A stretch of 64,000 nucleotides of DNA from a virus. This document shows, piece by piece, positions 28,304-37,814 of the stretch. Within the stretch, counting starts at the first letter, position 1; the number at the start of each line of letters is the position of its first letter. Location: the IMG/VR virus record IMGVR_UViG_3300031111_000002, positions 3,535 through 67,534 of that record; one strand, 5' to 3'. The notes beneath the pieces were generated by a model. That model made no database searches and was not told the origin of the DNA. It worked only from the letters and a program-made list of their open reading frames with translations. Both the position numbers and the translations under genes were made by a program.

Positions 28304-30054
28304 AACGGGATAAGATCGGAATTCCGTTGGCTCGTCTTCCGGAGTCCAGTTTGAACATGGTATCCACCTTGATCGCAGCCAAACTGGACGATCCCATAAA
28401 CAAGTGGAAGATGGATCCAGTTAAATTCGTTGCCAGCGTTCTTCATTGGAGATTCCCACAGGTTCTTCTGGCGATCCTTTATCATATTCTTGATTGTGTA
28501 CGAAACAAGCGCAATATAAGAATAGTTCTTATAGGGCCTCGTGGCGGCGGCAAGACCGTCATTCTTTCAATTGTCGAATACCTTCTTTCACTTCTATACA
28601 ATTACGACTTCTTGAACTTGGCCGGCTCGTTAAGCCAAGCGAAGATCATTCATGCATATCAACAGGAATTTTATAAGAAGACTGATTTCAAGAATGTCAA
28701 AAACGACAGCATCTTCCAAACGGTTTTCACTACCGGGGCATGGATTTCTTGCGTAGCAAGTTCAAGTACTCAGGTTCGTGGTAAACATCCGGGCGGAAGT
28801 AATTTGAGAATGGGTAACACGTCCGGCAAGGATTCTAGGTACAAAAACAAAGACGACATCGACTTCGATCAACTCGTTCCATACTGGGATGATGTTCAGG
28901 TTCCAGAGCCCGGTAAGGTTGACGATAGCGGCAGACGCGGCACAAGGGGCGGCGGACTTGTAATCGACGAGGAATGCGAAGCCGATCCTGAAGTAGTCCG
29001 TGACGCTTTGCCAATGGTCAACTCGGCCTTTCCGTCTGTAATCATAAGGGCATCTACTTTCCACGAACTGAACGGTACTTTCCAAGACATCGTAGACCAC
29101 GCTGAAGAACGAGGATACACTTTGTTCAAGTGGGATATCTTCGATGTTATGATGGCTTGCGATAGAGATTGTTCAACGTGTTTCGACGAGTTCGCGAAAG
29201 ATTCTGTCCAAGACGTTGTTGATCCGGACACTGGGCAGGTAGTAACACAAATCTTGAAAAAGGCGTATTGCGGTGGCAAGGCCAAGTTCAACGTAAACGG
29301 ATTCATAAGACCGGAAGAAATCTTCAACCTTTGGATCGAGTGCGGACAGGACAAAGAATGGTTTGAGGTTGAATTCATGGGTCGCCGTCCGTCTGCCCGG
29401 GAAACAAAACTCGCACCGTATGTTGAGTCCATCTTCGTTGATGAAGACATAACGATTGAAAAGGACTGCCCAGTTTCAGGCGGGATCGACTGGGGTATGC
29501 AAGCCGGCCACAAGATCTACATCGCTGCTCCGACCGGAGTCGGTGGGCCTAAGTACCTTATCGTCACTCAAAGTTTAGCCGGTAAACCGTGCGACATCGT
29601 TTGTGATGAAGTAGAAAAACAGGATCTCAAACGCTTTGAGAAATGCGTTATTTATACTGACGGTGAGAACGTATACAACAACGACCGGCTTCACTTGGTT
29701 AATCACCCGGACGGATCTCCGTTAAAGGTTTTCCCGACGAACTTCGCTCAGAACAAAAGGGCTTTGTTGTTCCCGAATCTATTATCCCATGTCCAGAACG
29801 AAATGTTCTTGATACCGCGAAGCGTTAATGGAGCTCGATTCCCAGAAAGAACAATCAGGAATCTGAAACGAAAGATGAAAAAGTATCGGCTTGAACCTCG
29901 CGGAATGCGGAAGATGGAAGGCATGGACGAAATTGACGGTATTATGCTTGCCTTGTCTCACTGGGGAAATGCCAAACGGAAAACTGGAACCTACGGTAAA
30001 ATGCCAGAGATTCTTACTGGCGGACGTGCAATAACGAACTTCGGAGGACTGTGA
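28300..30054 (+). CDS. terL: Terminase large subunit
   Basis: Walker A GPRGGGKT, VRG, Walker B LVIDEE, motif III ASTF, nuclease GGIDWG and C-terminal DEID. Confidence 0.88.
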   Translation: MKRDKIGIPLARLPESSLNMVSTLIAAKLDDPINKWKMDPVKFVASVLHWRFPQVLLAILYHILDCVRNKRNIRIVLIGPRGGGKTVILSIVEYLLSLLYNYDFLNLAGSLSQAKIIHAYQQEFYKKTDFKNVKNDSIFQTVFTTGAWISCVASSSTQVRGKHPGGSNLRMGNTSGKDSRYKNKDDIDFDQLVPYWDDVQVPEPGKVDDSGRRGTRGGGLVIDEECEADPEVVRDALPMVNSAFPSVIIRASTFHELNGTFQDIVDHAEERGYTLFKWDIFDVMMACDRDCSTCFDEFAKDSVQDVVDPDTGQVVTQILKKAYCGGKAKFNVNGFIRPEEIFNLWIECGQDKEWFEVEFMGRRPSARETKLAPYVESIFVDEDITIEKDCPVSGGIDWGMQAGHKIYIAAPTGVGGPKYLIVTQSLAGKPCDIVCDEVEKQDLKRFEKCVIYTDGENVYNNDRLHLVNHPDGSPLKVFPTNFAQNKRALLFPNLLSHVQNEMFLIPRSVNGARFPERTIRNLKRKMKKYRLEPRGMRKMEGMDEIDGIMLALSHWGNAKRKTGTYGKMPEILTGGRAITNFGGL

Positions 30055-30482
30055 ACGGAACGACCCTTAGAGAGATTGTGACTCACAAAAAGATTCTTCC
30101 ATCTCACCCGAAGGTGGAAGAACTTGTTTTACCAGTGGTTTATCTCGACGCCTCAAAACGTTGTATAAACGGGCAGCGCTACGACGTGGTGTGTTTACCC
30201 GGGTATGATCCTGAAATTGATTCAGGCGCATCCTTGTGGCCTCTCATAAGCATAAATGGCGAGTTGTTCATGCCCGAAACCAGATATCTGTTTCTCAAAA
30301 GATTATTGTTTCTCTCGAGAGGCGGACGTTCGATCTACGATTCATTGGTTAAAATGCAGCCCGAAGCGGTTGCTGGCATATACGACTGGCCTGATAAAGC
30401 CATATTGAAGATGCTTGTTGCACTACCACGCCGGAAGATTGCGAAGATTCTTTATCGCGCTAAAAAGAAAATAGCCCCATGA
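30051..30482 (+). CDS. Hypothetical protein
   Basis: GTGA overlap with TerL; GGAGG RBS. Confidence 0.6.
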   Translation: MNGTTLREIVTHKKILPSHPKVEELVLPVVYLDASKRCINGQRYDVVCLPGYDPEIDSGASLWPLISINGELFMPETRYLFLKRLLFLSRGGRSIYDSLVKMQPEAVAGIYDWPDKAILKMLVALPRRKIAKILYRAKKKIAP

Positions 30483-30492
30483 CAGGGGCTAT
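30462..30492. terminator. Terminator between convergent arms
   Basis: ATAGCCCC-ATGACA-GGGGCTAT hairpin preceded by an A-run. Confidence 0.7.
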
Positions 30493-30512
30493 GTTCAATT
30501 CTTGTTGATCCG

Positions 30513-30794
30513 TTACGAATCTAGAGCAATGAACTCCCTGTAAGATTCAACGATGTTCCTCGCCGTTTCCAGATTCATGCTTCCGCCTTCTTTGACCCTT
30601 GACAGAATCTTATACATCAAACGGATCGCAATGTATTCAGTTTTGTTAGGCCAGCATATGCTTGCAAATATGTTCCACTTGTCACGCGGAATCGAATTGA
30701 GAATGTTGGCGATGTCGCTTGGTGTAGGGATGTTGAACTCAAGCACGTCTGTCGGTTTCGGATCTTCCTTGTTTGTTTTTTTGTTCGTGACCAT
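30513..30794 (-). CDS. Hypothetical protein with own promoter
   Basis: AAGGAGG RBS; TTGACA-17-GACAAT at about 30812-30840. Confidence 0.6.
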   Translation of the reverse strand: MVTNKKTNKEDPKPTDVLEFNIPTPSDIANILNSIPRDKWNIFASICWPNKTEYIAIRLMYKILSRVKEGGSMNLETARNIVESYREFIALDS

Positions 30795-30836
30795 TTTGCC
30801 CTCCTTGAGTAATTGTCGCGTTTTAGATTTCGTTTG

Positions 30837-31556
30837 TCAAGTCAACCTTTTGTATTTCCGGGGACTTTCCTTAGTGACTATCTGATCTCTTGTGAATCCG
30901 GTTTGATCCATCACTTGCTCTATAGCGTCCATTGCATTTAGGTTTTCCTTGCTGCCATGTATTAAATAAACCTTCTTCACTGTGGTCTTATCAATCGAAT
31001 TGAGAAACCGTATGCAGCCCCGTACACTCATATGAGTCGTGAACAAACGCGAGCGATATGGACAGTCGGTTATCAGATCTTCCCTGTAATTGCATTCGAT
31101 CATTATGTGAGTAAGACCGTCGAACTTCGCGCGGATCAACGCGGTGTCGCTTGCATACAAGATCCGGTCGCCTTTCGGAGTGCCAATGAGAAAGCACAGT
31201 GGTTGCGTCCCGTCGTGAACAGCATCGAATGGAACGACTGCCCACCGTTTCTTGATTACGACTGTCTTAGACGGTTCTACATGCACGATACGATGACCTG
31301 TCAAACCAGCGTCGTCTGCCGTACCTTTTGACATGTATAGATCGACTCCGCGTTTGGCCAGTTCTTTAGCGCCTACAATGTGATCTCCATGAGCATGTGA
31401 GATTAAAACTCCATCAAGCGATGCTACTCGATGATCCAACGCTTTGTAGATCTGACGGGCGGGAAGACCGGCCTCAATTAGAAGCCGACCTTCGCCGTTT
31501 GTCAAAAGGTAACAATTACCTTCAGAACCAGTTGAGATGATCCTGATGTCTACCAT
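30837..31556 (-). CDS. MBL-fold metallo-hydrolase (YycJ/WalJ-like nuclease)
   Basis: TGSEGN, SHAHGDH, HD, SDT, ECNY and HMS motifs. Confidence 0.9.
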   Translation of the reverse strand: MVDIRIISTGSEGNCYLLTNGEGRLLIEAGLPARQIYKALDHRVASLDGVLISHAHGDHIVGAKELAKRGVDLYMSKGTADDAGLTGHRIVHVEPSKTVVIKKRWAVVPFDAVHDGTQPLCFLIGTPKGDRILYASDTALIRAKFDGLTHIMIECNYREDLITDCPYRSRLFTTHMSVRGCIRFLNSIDKTTVKKVYLIHGSKENLNAMDAIEQVMDQTGFTRDQIVTKESPRKYKRLT

Positions 31557-32512
31557 TCAGGTTCGTCCGGGTATTCGTCGTCGTCCGTTTCCGTCATTGG
31601 TTCAGGAGCCGGATCGGGATCGGGATCGGGATCGGGAGCAGGAGCTGGAGCGGGAGCAGGGGCAGGAGAAGTGTCCGGCTGTTGAGTGTCTTCTGGAACA
31701 GGACCAAATTCAGCGTCAACAACTTCGCCCGTTGGTTCGACTCCGTCCGGAAGTCCCGGGTAAGGTTCTGTTGGTGCGAACCCCGGTGCTTCGATTCCAA
31801 TGTGAGGCGGTTCTTCCTGCATGTAGTCCTCGTTGAAATCGTCACCTATTCCGCGTTCCATGTTGATCGCCATTTCCATTTCAGTGGAGATGACACCGTA
31901 CTTCTGTATCAGTCGTTTGAGAACGGTCTTCATTCCCATGTCGTTGATATGGCTTTTCCACATAGGGTTGCGAGGCGCATACTTAGCGCCATGAGCAATC
32001 GCTTCGTCGATAGTCATTTTGATTGTTTTCGTGAAGCCGTTGATAAGGACAAAGTGAGCGAAGTATCCAGCGACCGCATCACTTTTTCTTTCGCCGTTCA
32101 TTTCAATTTCTCCGGTAAGCCGGCATTCGTGCGAAAGTTCGCCATCGTAGTACTTGTCCACGTTGAGATATTTGTAGGCGCCTGTGTTCATCGCCAAACG
32201 CCACCAGCCCTTCCAGCCGATGACAAGCGTAGGAACGTTCGCGAACGGGAGAATCGAAGCATGTCCGAGTGCTTTGCTGATTGTCAATCCCAGCGAAGCG
32301 GCTTTAAGTGCTTCTACGACAACCAGTTTCGGGTTGCAATTCCGGAGTTTCGTGTCCCCAGAATACAACTCGATCAAGGACGTTTTGAACGATTCAGATT
32401 TGTTGACACCGAGCGTGGCCTGTAAGCGTTCTCCGATGACAGGATCGCTTACCGCTTCGGTGATTCTTTCCATTGGTGATTGTTTTGCTTCCACAAGATC
32501 ATTGTTTGCCAT
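31550..32512 (-). CDS. recT: RecT-family ssDNA annealing protein
   Basis: IGWKGW.RLAM.TG.Y and M..KTVLKRLI.KYG; Pro/Asp-repeat acidic tail. Confidence 0.88.
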   Translation of the reverse strand: MANNDLVEAKQSPMERITEAVSDPVIGERLQATLGVNKSESFKTSLIELYSGDTKLRNCNPKLVVVEALKAASLGLTISKALGHASILPFANVPTLVIGWKGWWRLAMNTGAYKYLNVDKYYDGELSHECRLTGEIEMNGERKSDAVAGYFAHFVLINGFTKTIKMTIDEAIAHGAKYAPRNPMWKSHINDMGMKTVLKRLIQKYGVISTEMEMAINMERGIGDDFNEDYMQEEPPHIGIEAPGFAPTEPYPGLPDGVEPTGEVVDAEFGPVPEDTQQPDTSPAPAPAPAPAPDPDPDPDPAPEPMTETDDDEYPDEPEW

Positions 32513-32523
32513 GTTTGCCTCCA

Positions 32524-34386
32524 TTAGATATATTTCGTTTTGAGTTTCTTCTGCCCCTTCGCAACAACCAATTTGATGAATTGAGTGTTTTCGGGGAACT
32601 TGATTTCAGTTACGCTTTCCGCATTGTCGATAATGAGAATCGGGTTCATCTTGTAGTATTCCTGAAGGACTCCGATGATTTCAAGACCGGCGTTCACACG
32701 CGCCCCGAGATTGAGACCTGACCCGAAAGGAATACCGTTGAAGGATGCTTCACAAATTTCCTCTACGCCTCCGTTCATTTGAGTCCTGAACAATGCGAAG
32801 TTGATGTTTTCAAACTTGCGGTTCAAAGACGCCTCGATAAGTTCGGATTGATTGGTCTGATACGTTTCGCAAAGTGCGAGTTTCTTTTCGACCTTTTCAA
32901 ATTCAGTTCCAAGACGGATTTCTTCTTCTTTGAGTTCTTCCACCCGTTTTTCAGCATCGGCACTTGCCTCAATCCTCGCCCATTCAGTTTTGAGTTTGTC
33001 AAGTTGCCGTTCCGCTTGCTGAAGTTCTGCCTTCTTTTCAGAAATGGCTTTCGACGAATCTGGATCCGTGGAAAGTGCTCCAGTCGCCTTTCGATTCTGT
33101 TCGATCAATACTTCCAGTTCTTCGTCGAGTTTGGACGTGTCGGGAGCGGTGAGTTTGTTCAGGGCTTTACCATGTTTGCTGACTTCTGCAGTCAGTCCAT
33201 CGGTTTTGGACATAAGTTCTTGTCGTTCCGACTGAAGCCTCTGCATACGAGCTTTCGCCGCTTTTCCGTTCCTTGTTATGTTTTCGAGTGTCGCGGTTCT
33301 CGATGCCCGGAATCTAGCTTCTGGGATCGGCTGTCCGCACGAAGGGCAGTTCCCGGGTTGAACCCTTGCTGCTTTGCGATATTCATCTTTCAAGGCGTCC
33401 ACTTTCGTTACCGCTTCGGCAACCAGTTCGCCGTGTCGTTCAACCTTCCTGTGATGATCCGATAACACGTGCCGCGCTTCATTGTATGCAGTCCTAGCGG
33501 CATCTACAGCGGCGTAGTGTTCTTTCCAGATCCGATCCTTCTCAATTTGTACTTCTTTGATTGCTTCGCCGATTTTGAAAATGAATGCCTTGTTTTCGGA
33601 GTTGTCCGGAACAGGAACCGATACCAGTTCTTCTCTCAGCCGTTCGACCGTTTGCTTCGCGGTTTCAAGTTCCTGTTTCACCCTGTCCACATTTTCAGGC
33701 GGGTAGATCCGCTTCATTTGCTCGTCGATCCGTGGGGAGATTTCTGTGATTTGCCGGTTGATGTCGGTGCGTTCCTGACGTTTTGCCTCCCAATAAGATT
33801 CGACCGTAGCACCGTCAAGGTCGTCCTCCAGAGGTTTCAAATCCGGGTTATGGGTAAACACCTCTTTAGGCCCTACAAAATCGCAGAAGTTACACAGGAT
33901 CTCACGTCGTTTCTTCCAATGGAGTTCAGACGAAAAGAACATTGGATCAGTGAGAATCCTGAAAGTTTCAGAATCGCCGAAGAATCTTTCGATTTCAGCG
34001 TCCCAAACTTTCGTTTTGACTGAGCCGTTCCCGATGAAGTAGCCGATAGTATGTGAAGTCAATTCCTTCACCGAAGATCCCCTACGTCTAGTCCATTTCT
34101 CATTGTAGGTTTTCTTGAAGGTGATGAGATGTCCTTCATGTTCGATCTTCATTCCAACCGAGGTTTCGAGCCCGTGCTGTTCGGTTCCGTTTTCATTCAG
34201 CGGCTTGATTGAAAACTTCGCGGATCCAGCCGTATCTTTTCCGGTTACGAGCCACGAGATGGCATCGCCAACTGTTGTCTTCCCAGTTCCGTTGTCGCCT
34301 GTAATTTCAACAGACTTACCATCGGTGTTAAGGATCAGCTCTTTGATCCCCTTGAAATTTACGATCCTGATTTCTGTGACCTTCAT
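32524..34386 (-). CDS. SMC/SbcC-like AAA ATPase
   Basis: NFKG, GDNGTGKT, coiled coil with CPSCGQ zinc hook, LN.G signature, IIDNAES. Confidence 0.88.
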   Translation of the reverse strand: MKVTEIRIVNFKGIKELILNTDGKSVEITGDNGTGKTTVGDAISWLVTGKDTAGSAKFSIKPLNENGTEQHGLETSVGMKIEHEGHLITFKKTYNEKWTRRRGSSVKELTSHTIGYFIGNGSVKTKVWDAEIERFFGDSETFRILTDPMFFSSELHWKKRREILCNFCDFVGPKEVFTHNPDLKPLEDDLDGATVESYWEAKRQERTDINRQITEISPRIDEQMKRIYPPENVDRVKQELETAKQTVERLREELVSVPVPDNSENKAFIFKIGEAIKEVQIEKDRIWKEHYAAVDAARTAYNEARHVLSDHHRKVERHGELVAEAVTKVDALKDEYRKAARVQPGNCPSCGQPIPEARFRASRTATLENITRNGKAAKARMQRLQSERQELMSKTDGLTAEVSKHGKALNKLTAPDTSKLDEELEVLIEQNRKATGALSTDPDSSKAISEKKAELQQAERQLDKLKTEWARIEASADAEKRVEELKEEEIRLGTEFEKVEKKLALCETYQTNQSELIEASLNRKFENINFALFRTQMNGGVEEICEASFNGIPFGSGLNLGARVNAGLEIIGVLQEYYKMNPILIIDNAESVTEIKFPENTQFIKLVVAKGQKKLKTKYI

Positions 34387-34508
34387 TCGCCCTCCGGGGT
34401 TTTCAGTTTGTAAATAGCCATTTGAAGAGCAGTTATCGCCTTGGCGGTTTCGCCTTCGTCGTAGTATTGATCTGCCTTCTTTAGAAGTTCTTTGTACGTT
34501 GTAGCCAT
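34383..34508 (-). CDS. Small hypothetical protein (41 aa)
   Basis: MATTYKELL...; TGATG and ATGA overlaps with neighbours. Confidence 0.55.
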   Translation of the reverse strand: MATTYKELLKKADQYYDEGETAKAITALQMAIYKLKTPEGE

Positions 34509-34807
34509 CAGTGAACCTGCAATTCCGAGATCTTCTTCGGAGTGAAGTATATATCTCTCTCGATTTTCAGACCTGCAGGGCCAGTAACGGATTGCAACTG
34601 CTCGAGAGTGAAATAACCAAACTCCCTTTCGAGTCCATCGACCAATCCAAAGAACATTCCAGTTTCTGGATCGTATTCAGTGGCGTACCACGTCCAGTTT
34701 GACCAAGGTGTGAAGAACTTGACGTGAACTACAGCGTCCTTGCCGAGATCTTCTTGAGCGTAAAGTTTTGGAATCCGTTTAAGGATTTCCTTTGTCATGA
34801 GTTTCAT
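34508..34807 (-). CDS. DUF2958 family protein
   Basis: VKFFTPWSNWTWYATE..FFGLV..E.GYF.L.....IERD. Confidence 0.85.
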   Translation of the reverse strand: MKLMTKEILKRIPKLYAQEDLGKDAVVHVKFFTPWSNWTWYATEYDPETGMFFGLVDGLEREFGYFTLEQLQSVTGPAGLKIERDIYFTPKKISELQVH

Positions 34808-34826
34808 AGTGCCCTCCATTTGATTA

Positions 34827-34866
34827 ATGATATATTGCCATGTCTATTGTGTCAAGAATTTTTTTA
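34827..34866 (-). promoter_or_regulatory. sigma70 promoter
   Basis: A-tract-TTGACA-17-TATCAT. Confidence 0.7.
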
Positions 34867-35163
34867 TACCTTTGAGCGCCTTGCCTGTTTGCCAAACGAC
34901 GGTTTTCGAGGTCCTGTTTTCTTCATAGCGTTTCTGTAGACAATCATGCCTACCCGGATTCCGGCTTCGACCGCGCCAGCCCATTTCCAGAACCTTGCCT
35001 TTTTGCTCCTGAAAAACTTGGCGATAAGTGGTACGTTTTCCGGATTGGCGATTTGAATAATCGCTATGTTACCGTTTGAGAGGGCCTTCGTGATCCTGAC
35101 CGGTTTCATTTCTCTTATCAGTTTGCCAAGTTGATTTGCGTCAGTCAGTGCGATGTCTTTCAT
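34864..35163 (-). CDS. Hypothetical basic protein
   Basis: AAGGAGG RBS. Confidence 0.6.
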   Translation of the reverse strand: MKDIALTDANQLGKLIREMKPVRITKALSNGNIAIIQIANPENVPLIAKFFRSKKARFWKWAGAVEAGIRVGMIVYRNAMKKTGPRKPSFGKQARRSKV

Positions 35164-35175
35164 ATTGATCCTCCT

Positions 35176-35337
35176 TTAGATTGAACAACGATGAACGATC
35201 TCGTCGTCGATTTTGACAACCAGATCCCTGTGTTCAAAGTCACCGCAAAACTGAATGTCAAGTTCAAATTCGATCTCGTCCGATTCAAAGAGATCGACGA
35301 GTGCTTCTTTAACGAGAGATTTGAAGGTCTTATCCAT
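35176..35337 (-). CDS. Small acidic hypothetical protein (MDKTFKS...)
   Basis: TGA-C-ATG coupling; preferred over the track ORF 35160-35342. Confidence 0.55.
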   Translation of the reverse strand: MDKTFKSLVKEALVDLFESDEIEFELDIQFCGDFEHRDLVVKIDDEIVHRCSI

Positions 35338-35338
35338 G

Positions 35339-35461
35339 TCAATTTCCTTTCATAATTTCAGCGTCAACAACAGATTGTGCATCAGAGGTAGACATTCCTT
35401 CTGATTCAAGTTCAAGTACCCGTGCGTTATATTTTTTCCAGTCGATGTTTGCGAAGTTCAT
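35339..35461 (-). CDS. Small hypothetical protein (MNFANIDW...)
   Basis: AAGGGGA RBS and CTGACATG start. Confidence 0.55.
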   Translation of the reverse strand: MNFANIDWKKYNARVLELESEGMSTSDAQSVVDAEIMKGN

Positions 35462-35480
35462 GTCAGTCCCCTTTCACACG

Positions 35481-35798
35481 TTATGAAACCATTTCGTTCA
35501 AGGCGCAAATGTCAATTTCAGCAATCGTAGTAACGTTTTTCTCACCGTCGCGGACGAAGTCAATTCTTACCACAAGGTGATTCCGGTATTCAGAAATGAT
35601 TTCAGTGATTTCAATCGGGTATACCCGGCCAGTTTCAGATGAGATTGTGAGTTCAGATCCGGGGAACATTTCGTCAGCGTATTCAGTCTTGCCGTCGATG
35701 CGTCCAGATTTCTTCCAGCCAATCGGTTTGATCGGGCAGTCGTACCAGATCAAGTCAAAGGTGTTCAGTTTGGTCCCGTTGTTGAGTGTGTAGTTCAT
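35481..35798 (-). CDS. Hypothetical protein
   Basis: First gene after the conserved early promoter/leader. Confidence 0.7.
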   Translation of the reverse strand: MNYTLNNGTKLNTFDLIWYDCPIKPIGWKKSGRIDGKTEYADEMFPGSELTISSETGRVYPIEITEIISEYRNHLVVRIDFVRDGEKNVTTIAEIDICALNEMVS

Positions 35799-35893
35799 AT
35801 TCAGCCCTCCGGTTTTGTTTTGTTTTTTCGTTCGTTAATTTAACTATAGCATCAAATGGAAAAAAGGTCAAGAATTTTTTTCTACTTTTTTTT
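35799..35893 (-). promoter_or_regulatory. Conserved early promoter plus A-rich leader (copy 3)
   Basis: AAAAAGTAGAAAAAAATTCTTGACC-17-TATAGT..AACGAACGAAAAAACAAAACAAAACCGGAGG. Confidence 0.8.
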
Positions 35894-35911
35894 CAAGAGG
35901 TACCGGCCACT

Positions 35912-35940
35912 AAAAAAAGACCCGGGATAAACCCGGGCCT
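35912..35940 (-). terminator. Rho-independent terminator
   Basis: AGGCCCGGG-TTTAT-CCCGGGTCT followed by a T-run. Confidence 0.8.
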
Positions 35941-35972
35941 GTAAAGGGATTGAAAGCGTGGAGGGCTTAGGT

Positions 35973-36524
35973 TCAATCCCCGCTCGACAAAAACCTTTTC
36001 ATTTCTTCGGAGGCTTTTTTCACTGATTCCATTCTCTTGCCAGAATCGAATAACTCGTCGTGATCCTCGTCAACGAATCCGAACTCGATCAGAACAGCCG
36101 TCATGCGCGTCTTACGAAGCACCTTGTACTTCTTTGGCTTCGCTCCACGGTTATTGATACCAAGCGCGGAAGATATTGCTTTAGAAAGCCGTTCCGCAAG
36201 TTCGATTCCTTTTTCATTCCCCGGGTAGTGGTATACTTCAGTACCAGTAACACCCCCGTCAGCACCGTGCGATAGATCGTTGAGATGAACAGAAACGAAC
36301 AGATCTGCCATACATTGGTTCGCGAGTTCGGCACGTTCGTCAAGTGTCAAGTATTCGTCTTCATACCTTGTCAGGATCACGTCGATTGATCCAACCAAGG
36401 ACAATTCCCTTTCGAGTTCTTTGGCCAGCGTGAGTGTCATTTGCTTTTCAATGCAAGTCCCGTCGTATGAAACCGCACCCGAGTCCTTGCCGCCATGACC
36501 GGCGTCAATAACTACAGTCTTCAT
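35973..36524 (-). CDS. Endolysin, N-acetylmuramoyl-L-alanine amidase (Amidase_3)
   Basis: IDAGHGGKDSGA, EK, SVHLN and VLIEFGF motifs; no cell-wall-binding domain. Confidence 0.92.
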   Translation of the reverse strand: MKTVVIDAGHGGKDSGAVSYDGTCIEKQMTLTLAKELERELSLVGSIDVILTRYEDEYLTLDERAELANQCMADLFVSVHLNDLSHGADGGVTGTEVYHYPGNEKGIELAERLSKAISSALGINNRGAKPKKYKVLRKTRMTAVLIEFGFVDEDHDELFDSGKRMESVKKASEEMKRFLSSGD

Positions 36525-36581
36525 AAGCCCTCCTGAGTTTTGATTTCCAATAATGATACATGAAAAAGCGATTACTTGCAT

Positions 36582-36611
36582 AAAAAAAAGACCCCCCTAT
36601 ATGGAGGGTCT
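36582..36611 (-). terminator. Rho-independent terminator
   Basis: AGACCCTCC-ATATA-GGGGGGTCT followed by a T-run. Confidence 0.75.
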
Positions 36612-36624
36612 GGGGTATGGTTTG

Positions 36625-36873
36625 TTATTGAAGTGAGTCAGCCCAATCTACTACCGCCAATTTCCATCCGGAAATAAGTGACCGGAGTTCTTTTTCGTTT
36701 ATGTATTTCTTCTTCAGTTCCTTCTCAATTGCCTGTTCCATCATATCCATTTCTTCCGGACGGTTCGCTACCGCGACGGACGACAACGGAGGTTCAGGCA
36801 ATCTGCCGTTCCAGTATTCGGATGCAGATGCAACCGTATCTAGGATCAGCTTTTCGGCTGCCGGTTGATTCAT
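36625..36873 (-). CDS. Hypothetical protein
   Basis: TGATG coupling to ssb. Confidence 0.6.
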   Translation of the reverse strand: MNQPAAEKLILDTVASASEYWNGRLPEPPLSSVAVANRPEEMDMMEQAIEKELKKKYINEKELRSLISGWKLAVVDWADSLQ

Positions 36874-37244
36874 CAGAACGGATCTTCTTCAGTGGAATTT
36901 CCAGATCCGGAATCTGCCTCTTTAGGAATGAACGCGAGTTTGTCGATGCTGAAGGCATTGATCTTTACAGATTCGCGTTTGTTTCCTTCTTTGTCTTCCC
37001 ACTTCTCCACTTTGATCTCGCCGTTGATGATAACCATATCACCCTTGCTGAGATTCATTGCGGCCTGTGCAGCGAACTTGAAGGCAACTACTTTGTGCCA
37101 GGTCGTGATACTTTTCCATTCGCCGTCTTTCTTGAAGTTCTTGTTCGTTGCCAGCGAGAAGTTTGCAACGGGATCACCGGATGGTAGATACCTGATGTCC
37201 GGATCTTGCCCGAGCCTTCCTTTCAAATAGACCTTGTTGTTCAT
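36873..37244 (-). CDS. ssb: Single-stranded DNA-binding protein
   Basis: N.V.L.GRLGQDP, TWHKVV, KGD.V..GEI, C-terminal DPF. Confidence 0.95.
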   Translation of the reverse strand: MNNKVYLKGRLGQDPDIRYLPSGDPVANFSLATNKNFKKDGEWKSITTWHKVVAFKFAAQAAMNLSKGDMVIINGEIKVEKWEDKEGNKRESVKINAFSIDKLAFIPKEADSGSGNSTEEDPF

Positions 37245-37310
37245 AAACCCTCCATTCATTTTTCTTATTGTATCCTTTGTACCCTTTAGAGTCAAGAAAA
37301 AAAGTTTACT

Positions 37311-37814
37311 TTATTGTTCCAGCCTTTTCCAGCCATCTTGAATTTCCATGTATTCCCATCGGCTGCACGAGCACAAACCGTCCTCGATAAAGGATTCACA
37401 GTAATTGCAAAACCCTTCAGAGAAATTCTGTTCATAGTTCGACAGTTTACCCGCATAGATCTCGCGATCCATCCTCGCGATTCCTTCTTGCCCAATCTTG
37501 GTTACGAGTTTCTTGGCTTTCATAACCGACTCAATGCTTCGATTCGTTTCCTTGGCGATGGCAAACACGTCAACGCCTTCATGCAAACGATCCCATAAAT
37601 GCTGATAAGAAGCTGGAGTCCATTCCCTCTTGGAGATTTTTTCCGATTTCTTTGAGTGTCGTTGTCCAGCGTCGATCTTTTGCCATAGTCGATAGCATTT
37701 CATTGAGCAGAACATTTGCTTCTTGAAATCCTTTATCAACCCGCAGATTGGGCAGAACTCTGGATAGCCTTGGCTTTCAACAATAACCCTGATTTGAAGT
37801 TCTGTTATATTCAT
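37311..37814 (-). CDS. Hypothetical Zn-finger/HTH protein
   Basis: CPICG..FCS.KC and C..C...C.C motifs. Confidence 0.6.
   Translation of the reverse strand: MNITELQIRVIVESQGYPEFCPICGLIKDFKKQMFCSMKCYRLWQKIDAGQRHSKKSEKISKREWTPASYQHLWDRLHEGVDVFAIAKETNRSIESVMKAKKLVTKIGQEGIARMDREIYAGKLSNYEQNFSEGFCNYCESFIEDGLCSCSRWEYMEIQDGWKRLEQ

Noticed and set aside
28786-28956. Intein in TerL
   Set aside because: Too short and lacks the C/S start and HN-C/S/T end
35160-35342. Track ORF of 60 aa
   Set aside because: Alternative-frame ORFs 35176-35337 and 35339-35461 have better starts and coupling
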